Shown here: piece after piece, positions 7,555-14,357 of the stretch
How the letters are laid out: the number at the start of each line of letters is the position of its first letter
Numbering within the stretch: position 1 is the stretch's first letter
IMG/VR virus record: IMGVR_UViG_2657245521_000006
Length of the DNA: 18,167 nucleotides
Source: a virus
Taxonomy: Duplodnaviria > Heunggongvirae > Uroviricota > Caudoviricetes
Direction: 5' to 3' (one strand)
Translations under genes and position numbers: made by a program
The notes under the pieces: generated by a model
Seen by the model: the letters and a program-made list of their open reading frames with translations, nothing else
Database searches by the model: none
What the model was told of the DNA's origin: nothing

Positions 7555-7727
7555 TCACTCTTTTAAGTTTTATTATCGGCCTCACCGGAGCCGGGTTAGT
7601 GTCTGCCGGTGCCTGGCTTATTTCACCTGCAGCCGGGCTTATTACTGGCGGTTCAATCTGCCTGCTGTGGTCATTTTTAATCGCGAAATCGATGTCCGCC
7701 AGCGTAATTAAATCAGGGGGTGAATAA
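7548..7727 (+). CDS. Small two-TM membrane protein (59 aa), translationally coupled between terminase and portal; not in the supplied ORF track
   Basis: Hand translation MLITLLSFIIGLTGAGLVSAGAWLISPAAGLITGGSICLLWSFLIAKSMSASVIKSGGE; ATG 7548 overlaps the terminase stop and its TAA overlaps portal ATG 7727 (TAATG). Confidence 0.4.
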   Translation: MLITLLSFIIGLTGAGLVSAGAWLISPAAGLITGGSICLLWSFLIAKSMSASVIKSGGE

Positions 7728-8986
7728 TGTTCATTCCCCAGATGTTTCGGGGTAAATCTCAGTCTGGTGGTGGTTTCTGGCAGGCGATGCTGGGTGGGGT
7801 GAGTTCCAGCCAGAGCAAGGCGGGGATCATTATCACTCCTGAAACCGCACTGGCGTTATCGGCGGTCCGGGCATGCGTAACGCTTCTGGCAGAATCGGTG
7901 GCGCAGTTGCCGTGTGAACTTTACAGGCGAGGCGCTAACGGAGGCCGTGAACGGGCGACTGACCACCCTGTTTATGATCTGATTCATTCCCAGCCCAACA
8001 AAAAAGACACCTCGTTTGAATACTTTGAGCAGCAACAGGGCCTGCTCGGGCTGGAGGGAAATTGCTACTCGATCATCGACAGGGACGGGAAAGGGTATCC
8101 CCGCGAATTAATCCCGGTTAATCCCAAAAAAGTCATCGTCCTGAAAGGGCCTGACGGGATGCCCTATTATGAACTCCCCGAAATTGGCGAAACGTTGCCA
8201 ATGCGCATGATGCATCATGTGAAGGTTTTCTCGCTGGATGGTTATATCGGTAGCTCTCCGATCCAGACGAACGCAGACGTTCTTGGGCTGAACCTGGCCG
8301 TTGAAGAGCATGCTTCTCAGGTTTTTCGCCGTGGCACAACGATGAGCGGCGTTATTGAGCGACCAAAGGAGGCTCCGACAATAAAGAACCAGGAGAAGAT
8401 TGACCAACTTCTTGCTAAATGGACGGATCGTTATTCCGGTATGCGTAATGCCTTTTCTGTCGCATTGCTTCAGGAAGGGATGAGCTACAAACAGCTATCT
8501 CAGGATAATGAGAAAGCGCAGCTGTTGCAGTCCCGCCAGTGGGGCGTGGAGGAAGTTTGCCGACTCTATAAAATCCCGCCTCATATGGTGCAGATGCTGG
8601 CGAAAGCCACAAATAACAACATTGAGCATCAGGGGCTGCAGTTCGTCATGTATACGCTTTTAGCCTGGCTGAAGCGTCATGAAGGCGCATTAATGCGCGA
8701 TCTGCTTTTACCCAGCGAGCGCGGTAGTCTGTACATTGAATTCAATGTATCCGGCCTGCTGCGCGGGGATCAGAAGTCACGCTATGAATCTTATGCGCTG
8801 GGCCGTCAGTGGGGCTGGTTATCGGTTAATGACATTCGCCGCATGGAGAACCTTCCTCCCATCGCCGGAGGGGACAAATACCTGACGCCTCTGAATATGG
8901 TCGACAGTAAACAAATCTTACCTGGCAATAACGCGCCAACAGCTAAACAACTGGCAGAAATCGAAACTATTCTGGCCAGAGCCTGA
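7727..8986 (+). CDS. Portal protein (HK97-family-like)
   Basis: 419 aa directly after terminase; sequence character of HK97-type portals (from memory). Confidence 0.9.
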   Translation: MFIPQMFRGKSQSGGGFWQAMLGGVSSSQSKAGIIITPETALALSAVRACVTLLAESVAQLPCELYRRGANGGRERATDHPVYDLIHSQPNKKDTSFEYFEQQQGLLGLEGNCYSIIDRDGKGYPRELIPVNPKKVIVLKGPDGMPYYELPEIGETLPMRMMHHVKVFSLDGYIGSSPIQTNADVLGLNLAVEEHASQVFRRGTTMSGVIERPKEAPTIKNQEKIDQLLAKWTDRYSGMRNAFSVALLQEGMSYKQLSQDNEKAQLLQSRQWGVEEVCRLYKIPPHMVQMLAKATNNNIEHQGLQFVMYTLLAWLKRHEGALMRDLLLPSERGSLYIEFNVSGLLRGDQKSRYESYALGRQWGWLSVNDIRRMENLPPIAGGDKYLTPLNMVDSKQILPGNNAPTAKQLAEIETILARA

Positions 8987-9022
8987 TTATTCCCCGCTAT
9001 GCGGGCTGACCTGGTATATCTC

Positions 9023-9943
9023 ATGACAACAAAATTACTTAACCTGCCGCACCTCGCAGAAATGGTCTTCGGTGTGCCTCATTACGCAACACAACAGACG
9101 ATGGACGCCGTGAAGGCGGTATTGCTTCCCCGTATTCAGGGAGCGGTGACGGATCCGGTCATTACGATGGCGCTAAATCCGGATGATTCGCCATCCCCTG
9201 AAGAGGTTCAGCCAGCCGGTGGTATCGCGGTTATTCCCGTTCACGGGATTCTGGTCCCCCGGCGCGGGCAAATTACAGCGATGTGTACCGAACTGACGAG
9301 CTATGAGCGAATCCGCAGCCAGCTGCATTCGGCATTAAATGACCCATCCATCAGTGAAATCGTTCTGGATATTAATTCAGGCGGCGGTTTAGCGCCCGGG
9401 TGCAAAGAGCTGGCTGATTATATTTATCAGTCGTGTGAAACGAAGCCGATCACCGCTATTGTGAACTTTAATGCCCTCTCTGCCGCGTATTTTATCGCGT
9501 CGGCCTGCAGCAAGATTGTCGTCAGTCAGACCAGTGGCGTTGGCTCCATCGGGGTGATCATGGAGCACCTTGATACGTCAAAGCTGGAAGAGAGCATGGG
9601 AGTGAAATTTACTGCACTCTACCGGGGAGATAACAAGAACAATGGCACGCCACATGCTTCGTTGAGTGAATCGGCCCTGGCGATGTTCGACAAAATGCTC
9701 GACGACATGTACGAGACATTTACCTCCTCAGTGGCTGAGTACCGGGGCCTTAAACAGCAGGCAGTAATCGATACCCAGGCGGGAACCTACTTCGGCGCTG
9801 ATGCCATTTCAGCAGGTCTTGCTGATGAAGTTTCGGATCCTCAGTCTGCGATTAATGCCATTGCGGCAAAGTACAAACAACCTCAACAAACCACGTCCAT
9901 AAAGTTGCAGGCAGCCGCGATGGACCTGCAAACCAGAATGTAA
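9023..9943 (+). CDS. Head maturation protease, S49/ClpP-like (lambda gpC-like)
   Basis: N-terminus MTTKLLNLPHLAEMVFGVPH parallels lambda C (MTAELRNLPHIASMAFNEP, from memory); S49-like segments GGIAVIPVHGIL and SGVGSIGV; start set at internal ATG 9023 by that alignment. Confidence 0.85.
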   Translation: MTTKLLNLPHLAEMVFGVPHYATQQTMDAVKAVLLPRIQGAVTDPVITMALNPDDSPSPEEVQPAGGIAVIPVHGILVPRRGQITAMCTELTSYERIRSQLHSALNDPSISEIVLDINSGGGLAPGCKELADYIYQSCETKPITAIVNFNALSAAYFIASACSKIVVSQTSGVGSIGVIMEHLDTSKLEESMGVKFTALYRGDNKNNGTPHASLSESALAMFDKMLDDMYETFTSSVAEYRGLKQQAVIDTQAGTYFGADAISAGLADEVSDPQSAINAIAAKYKQPQQTTSIKLQAAAMDLQTRM

Positions 9944-9975
9944 CCCGGCGCTCACGCGTCATTACCACCAGAAAG

Positions 9976-9998
9976 CAGCCTTAGCGCTGTTTTTTTTA
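9976..9998 (+). terminator. Weak terminator-like element (4-bp GC stem plus T8 run) between protease and capsid gene
   Basis: CAGC...GCTG stem followed by TTTTTTTT at 9990-9998; stem is short. Confidence 0.3.
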
Positions 9999-10019
9999 TA
10001 CCTGAAAAGAGAGAAAACT

Positions 10020-11303
10020 ATGTCACAGATTGAAGAATTACGTCGTCAGCGTGCGGGTATTAATGAGCAGGTACAGGCCCTGGCCACGATTGAAACTACC
10101 GGTGGAACGCTGACAGCGGAGCAGTTAACCGAATTTGCCAGCATGCAGCAGCAGTTCACGGATATCAGCGCCAAAATTGAGCGTCTGGAAGCGGCTGAAC
10201 GTGCTGCGGCGCTTGTTGCCGCACCGGTTAGAGGCACACAGCAGGCTCCTGGTGTCATCGTTAAGGCGGAGCCAAAGCAATATACCGGGGCAGGCATGAC
10301 CCGTCTGGTAATGTCGATTGCAGCAGCGGAGGGTAACATCCAGGAGGCTGCAAAATTTGCGGCGGAAGAACTGAATGACCAGTCTGTCTCGATGGCCATC
10401 AGCACTGCCGCTGCGTCAGGCGGCGTTCTTATTCCGCAAAACCTTCACAGCGAAGTGATTGAGCTACTGCGCGATCGTACCATCGTTCGTAAGCTGGGCG
10501 CGCGCTCCATTCCGCTGCCGAACGGCAATATGGCGCTGCCGCGTCTGGCCGGTGGAGCGACGGCGAACTATACCGGGGAAGGTAAGGATGCGAAAACATC
10601 AGAAGCGCGCTTTGACGATGTGAAACTCACTGCGAAAACCATGATTGCGATGGTGCCCATCTCAAATCAGCTCATTGGCCGCGCAGGTTTTAACGTTGAA
10701 CAACTGGTATTGCAGGATATTCTGACGGCGATTTCTGTTCGCGAAGATAAAGCTTTTCTGCGTGATGATGGTACCGGTGATACGCCGATCGGTATGAAAG
10801 CGCGTGCAACGGAGTGGAATCGCCTTAAACAATGGGCTGGCGCAGATTTATCCCTGAATTCTATTGATGCATACCTGGATGACATCATCCTGATGGCTAT
10901 GGACGGGAACAGCAACATGATCAGCTGCGGCTGGGGCATGTCGAACCGGACCTACATGAAACTGTTCGGGCTGCGCGACGGTAACGGCAACAAGGTTTAC
11001 CCGGAAATGGCCCTGGGGCTGCTGAAGGGATATCCGGTTCAGCGCACCAGCGCTATCCCGGCAAACCTCGGTGACACCGGCAAAGAGTCAGAAATTTACT
11101 TCGCTGACTTCAATGATGTGGTTATCGGTGAAGACGGCAGCATGAAAGTGGCATTCTCTCAGCAAGCCGCCTACCAGGACGGGGACGGCAATATGGTTTC
11201 CGCGTTCTCCCGTAACCAGTCATTGATCCGTGTGGTGACTGAGCACGATATCGGCTTCCGTCATCCGGAAGGTCTTGTACTCGGGACAAAAGTGCTGTTT
11301 TAA
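10020..11303 (+). CDS. Major capsid protein, HK97-fold, with N-terminal coiled-coil delta/scaffold-like domain
   Basis: 427 aa; helical Ala/Glu/Gln-rich N-terminus; position after portal and protease; strong terminator downstream. Confidence 0.9.
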   Translation: MSQIEELRRQRAGINEQVQALATIETTGGTLTAEQLTEFASMQQQFTDISAKIERLEAAERAAALVAAPVRGTQQAPGVIVKAEPKQYTGAGMTRLVMSIAAAEGNIQEAAKFAAEELNDQSVSMAISTAAASGGVLIPQNLHSEVIELLRDRTIVRKLGARSIPLPNGNMALPRLAGGATANYTGEGKDAKTSEARFDDVKLTAKTMIAMVPISNQLIGRAGFNVEQLVLQDILTAISVREDKAFLRDDGTGDTPIGMKARATEWNRLKQWAGADLSLNSIDAYLDDIILMAMDGNSNMISCGWGMSNRTYMKLFGLRDGNGNKVYPEMALGLLKGYPVQRTSAIPANLGDTGKESEIYFADFNDVVIGEDGSMKVAFSQQAAYQDGDGNMVSAFSRNQSLIRVVTEHDIGFRHPEGLVLGTKVLF

Positions 11304-11315
11304 CCGGTCCTGCAC

Positions 11316-11340
11316 GCTGTGCGACCACGGTCGCACAGCG
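11316..11340 (+). repeat. Perfect 12-bp inverted repeat (CGCTGTGCGACC / GGTCGCACAGCG) just after the capsid gene
   Basis: Read directly; lies upstream of the canonical terminator. Confidence 0.6.
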
Positions 11341-11363
11341 TAAAAAGCACGTAATCCCCCAGG

Positions 11364-11388
11364 CCCGCAGCAGCGGGTTTTTTCTTTT
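11364..11388 (+). terminator. Rho-independent terminator after the capsid gene
   Basis: CCCGC-AGCA-GCGGG hairpin followed by TTTTTTCTTTT; next gene has its own SD AGGAG. Confidence 0.7.
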
Positions 11389-11401
11389 CAGGAGCAAAAC
11401 G

Positions 11402-11776
11402 ATGACAACGAAAGCGAAAAAAGAAGCGGCGGCGGCTGCAGCCGTTGATGTGAAAAAGCAGGATGACCTGCCGACGGAACATACGGTGGACGGGGATGGC
11501 GGCCAGAATACTGCCGCTGGTTCAGGTAATGACGGTGTTGATCTGACCGGAAGTGAAACAAACGGGGCCGCGGGCCTGACGGGAGCAGAAGTGATGCGGA
11601 AAGCGGTTTTTTTCCTGGGACCATACCATCGTTATTCACGCGGTGATACGGCCTGTTTTGATGCTGAGTACGCAGAGGAACTGGTTGAACGCCATATCGC
11701 GGTATGGCCAAAAGATGCGAAAAAGGCGATGAGTCCCCGCAAGGGAGCCGATAACCATGATACTGAAATTGGATGA
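11402..11776 (+). CDS. Hypothetical head-module protein (124 aa; Ala/Gly/Asp-rich disordered N-terminus, small C-terminal domain)
   Basis: ORF with SD AGGAG 8 nt upstream; between capsid and connector genes; no family recognised. Confidence 0.5.
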   Translation: MTTKAKKEAAAAAAVDVKKQDDLPTEHTVDGDGGQNTAAGSGNDGVDLTGSETNGAAGLTGAEVMRKAVFFLGPYHRYSRGDTACFDAEYAEELVERHIAVWPKDAKKAMSPRKGADNHDTEIG

Positions 11777-12074
11777 TGTGAAAACCCAGCTCCGTCTGGA
11801 GCCGGAGTTTACGGAGCATGACGACATGCTCCGTAAAATGATGGCGGCTGCGCAGAAGAGTATTGAGCGTGACTACTACTGCAGACTGGTGAGAAGCGAT
11901 GACGAACTGCAGGCGCTACCGGAAGGTGTACGCGGTTTTGTGGCGAATGAAGATATCCAGCTGGCCATGCAGTACCTGGTCGGGGATGCGTATCTGAATG
12001 GTTTCACTGGTCAGTGGCTGGAGACGGATGCCGTCCAGTCTCTTCTTTTCCCGTTGCAGGAGAATACCGTATGA
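11757..12074 (+). CDS. Head-tail connector protein (gp6-like)
   Basis: 105 aa; N-terminus MILKLDDVKTQLRLE... resembles gp6-like connector proteins (memory); gene order. Confidence 0.7.
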   Translation: MILKLDDVKTQLRLEPEFTEHDDMLRKMMAAAQKSIERDYYCRLVRSDDELQALPEGVRGFVANEDIQLAMQYLVGDAYLNGFTGQWLETDAVQSLLFPLQENTV

Positions 12075-12421
12075 GCCTGAAGCCGGAGGAGATGACCTGC
12101 CGCCTTTCGATTGGGTATATGCAATCCGGACGGGGGCCGCTGGGTGAACACCTGCCGGAAAAACTGGTCACGACCGGGAAAGCCTGGGCGAAGCGCGAAC
12201 TGGTGTCAGGCAGAAAGGTTCGCACACTGGATCAGCAGCAGGTTGTTGAAACGTGTCTTTTTACCACTCATCCGAACCTGAATATTGATATCGACTGGAA
12301 AATAACGACGTCTGACCGGGTTTATACCGTTCGTAACGTCGAACGTCTTACTGACCGCATTATCATCACGGGGGAGGCAGACGCACGTCATGATCGAGCT
12401 GGCATTAAAGACATCACTTGA
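12071..12421 (+). CDS. Head closure / head-tail joining protein (HK97 gp7-like)
   Basis: In-frame ATG 12071 overlapping the upstream stop (ATGA); about 116 aa; family assignment from memory. Confidence 0.6.
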   Translation: MSLKPEEMTCRLSIGYMQSGRGPLGEHLPEKLVTTGKAWAKRELVSGRKVRTLDQQQVVETCLFTTHPNLNIDIDWKITTSDRVYTVRNVERLTDRIIITGEADARHDRAGIKDIT

Positions 12422-12818
12422 ACGCCTGACCGGGCTGGTTGTTTACCCTCTGCTCCTGCCCGATAAGCTGCTGGAGGGGGTTACTTACCAGCGGATTTCC
12501 GATCCTGAAATTGAAGTGGGTCTGGTACGTACGGGTCTTGTCACGGCGCGATTCCAGATAACCCTGTATCTCACCGATGATTACACCGGACTGTTACGAC
12601 TGGATCAAAAAATCTGGCGTGCATGGCGGCCGGTTGTCCACGGGCAGATAGAAGGGTTTCCGGTGCAGTACGTGGCGCGGGGCGGCATTCAGCAGGATAA
12701 AAATGTGCTGACCAGCGGCAGTGTGCAGTACCGGCTGGCACGTGACTTTTTCTTTACGTACGCGCAAAGCGCTGACGCTAATGGTGTCGGGGAGGTCGGC
12801 GATGAGAATATCCGTTGA
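12390..12818 (+). CDS. Neck / tail-completion protein (family uncertain)
   Basis: 142-aa ORF overlapping both neighbours; GGGGAGG upstream; position between head closure and gp10-like genes. Confidence 0.45.
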   Translation: MIELALKTSLERLTGLVVYPLLLPDKLLEGVTYQRISDPEIEVGLVRTGLVTARFQITLYLTDDYTGLLRLDQKIWRAWRPVVHGQIEGFPVQYVARGGIQQDKNVLTSGSVQYRLARDFFFTYAQSADANGVGEVGDENIR

Positions 12819-13218
12819 GGTTGAAGGACTGGCGGAGCTGGAGAAAAGCCTGCTAGCGCTCGGGGAAAACATTGCCCTGAATATCGTACGCGACGCCGGT
12901 ACGAAAGCCATGCAGCCGGTGGTGGATGAAATGATAAGGCACGCGGGATTTAACCCTGATAATGACGGGGAGCATATGCGTGACACCATCCGGGTAAGAA
13001 GCCGTAGCCGTGTCAGGGATGGCCGCTGGCCGACCCTGATGACATTCCGGGCGGGCCCCTCAGCACCGCACACGATAAAAGCCCGCGCGCAGGAGTACGG
13101 TACGTATAAACAGGTCGCCATACCCTTTATGCGACCAGCTCTCGATAACAATATTCCCAAAATCCTTAGCACGCTTGCACGTGAAATTCGTGCGGGCATT
13201 AACAGTTATAAACAATAA
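12802..13218 (+). CDS. Tail component, HK97 gp10-family-like
   Basis: ATG 12802 with GGGGAGG 8 nt upstream; MRISVEVEGLAELEKSLLALGENIALNIVRDAG... fits the gp10-family N-terminal pattern (memory). Confidence 0.65.
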   Translation: MRISVEVEGLAELEKSLLALGENIALNIVRDAGTKAMQPVVDEMIRHAGFNPDNDGEHMRDTIRVRSRSRVRDGRWPTLMTFRAGPSAPHTIKARAQEYGTYKQVAIPFMRPALDNNIPKILSTLAREIRAGINSYKQ

Positions 13219-13232
13219 GCACGAGGTCAGAC

Positions 13233-13703
13233 ATGACAGGTAAAACATCATCTGAGTACGCGACCCTTCCGGCAGGATCGGCCGTGAAGTGGGGGATGCC
13301 CGGCGACAATGTCGCGGCGCTGAAGCCACTGAAAAGCTGTACCGGCGTGGGGGCGATGGGGTTACAGGGTGGTTTTGTTGACTGTACCACGCTGCTGGAC
13401 ACCCAGAAGCAGTACATTTCGGATCTGCCTGACGGACCGGATAAGACGCTGACGTTTGTTGATGATCCGGAAGACCAGTATCTGACGGATTTTCTGAACG
13501 CAGCAGAGCGTCGCGAGGTGGTGCAGTTTTACGTTGAACTGCCCAATGGTCGCACATCAACGTCAGTTATTGCGCTGGCGGGCTGGCAGATGGCGGAAAT
13601 CAAGGCTCCGGCGAGCGCAGTCATCCAGCTCGAGGTGAAGGGTAAGCAAAACTCCATTACATGGGGAAGTAAAGCCACTACCCCGGTTACCCCAAAACCA
13701 TAA
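13233..13703 (+). CDS. Major tail (tube) protein, lambda gpV-like N-terminal domain
   Basis: 156 aa; ...YVELPNGRTSTSVIALAGW... resembles lambda V (...[20 protein letters not shown]..., memory); precedes G/GT chaperone genes. Confidence 0.75.
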   Translation: MTGKTSSEYATLPAGSAVKWGMPGDNVAALKPLKSCTGVGAMGLQGGFVDCTTLLDTQKQYISDLPDGPDKTLTFVDDPEDQYLTDFLNAAERREVVQFYVELPNGRTSTSVIALAGWQMAEIKAPASAVIQLEVKGKQNSITWGSKATTPVTPKP

Positions 13704-13770
13704 TCGCCCGGCGCCACACGTTAAACGCATCATTTCCTGTTACCCCTTCTGTAAATAAGGACTCTGATAA

Positions 13771-14118
13771 ATGAAAAATCTGAAAAGCGCGCTGCTGTCT
13801 GCCACCCATACGGTTGCGGACTGTACCCTGCTGGGCGTGCCGGTGCACATCCGTCGTATGAGTGCACTCGAGGCGGCAGACTACGACGATGCCATCGCAG
13901 ATGCCCGCGCAGCGAATAATGCGCTGGTCCCCGCCCGACTCAGTGCCGGACTCATCCTTTCAGTGCTGGTGGATGAAAACGGGAATGCCATTCCACCCAA
14001 AAGCCTCCCCACCGTGGATGAGTTGCTGGCCGTACATGATAACGCCGCCCTGATTGAGGCTGTGTCAGTTATTCAGCGGCACAGTTACGGGACGCTGGAG
14101 GAGGCGCAAAAAAACTGA
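13771..14118 (+). CDS. Tail assembly chaperone (gpG-like)
   Basis: 115 aa between major tail and tape measure genes; ends at a slippery heptamer. Confidence 0.75.
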   Translation: MKNLKSALLSATHTVADCTLLGVPVHIRRMSALEAADYDDAIADARAANNALVPARLSAGLILSVLVDENGNAIPPKSLPTVDELLAVHDNAALIEAVSVIQRHSYGTLEEAQKN

Positions 14119-14357
14119 GGCAATCTCCCTGGCTGTTGCTGGCTTACCAGCTGGCTGACCGCCTGGGAGAACCCGATCCACTGAAAATTCTGTCTCTGCC
14201 AGCTTCTGTTCTGATGGGGTGGCTGGCGTTTCTTAATCTTCCGGAAATTAATGGTATGGCACCTGGCGACCCGCCCGACAGCGGACTGAATGTACCGGCC
14301 ATTTCACCGGATGATACTGCCGCGGCCTGCGCTGCTTTTATGAGGGTGATGAAATGA
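13771..14357 (+). CDS. Tail assembly chaperone frameshift fusion product (gpGT-like), via -1 shift at 14109-14115
   Basis: Post-shift frame reads ...KLRQSPWLLLAYQLADRLGEPDPLK... (the track ORF 14136..14357 is this frame); extension stop TGA 14355-14357 overlaps tape measure ATG 14354. Confidence 0.6.
14109..14115 (+). promoter_or_regulatory. Programmed -1 ribosomal frameshift slippery heptamer A_AAA_AAC
   Basis: In-frame codons CAA AAA AAC TGA; the -1 frame is open from here to 14357 and ends in overlap with the tape measure start. Confidence 0.6.

Noticed and set aside
7529-7711. Track ORF 7529..7711 (60 aa, MMRKILHVDHSF...)
   Set aside because: Starts inside the terminase; the alternative frame 7548..7727 gives a coherent hydrophobic protein coupled to both neighbours
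8108-9024. Minus-strand ORFs within the portal gene (8108..8407, 8133..8339, 8415..8612, 8806..9024)
   Set aside because: Antisense shadows of the portal ORF
10046-11819. Minus-strand ORFs within capsid and downstream genes (10046..10405, 10667..10939, 11122..11397, 11300..11482, 11388..11819, 11636..11827)
   Set aside because: Antisense to strongly supported + strand genes; GC-rich shadows with Arg/Pro/Ser-rich translations
12004-13717. Minus-strand ORFs 12004..12225, 12206..12391, 12594..13199, 13060..13560, 13199..13417, 13529..13717 and + ORF 13862..14053
   Set aside because: Overlap the tightly packed + strand head-tail and tail genes; no independent start signals
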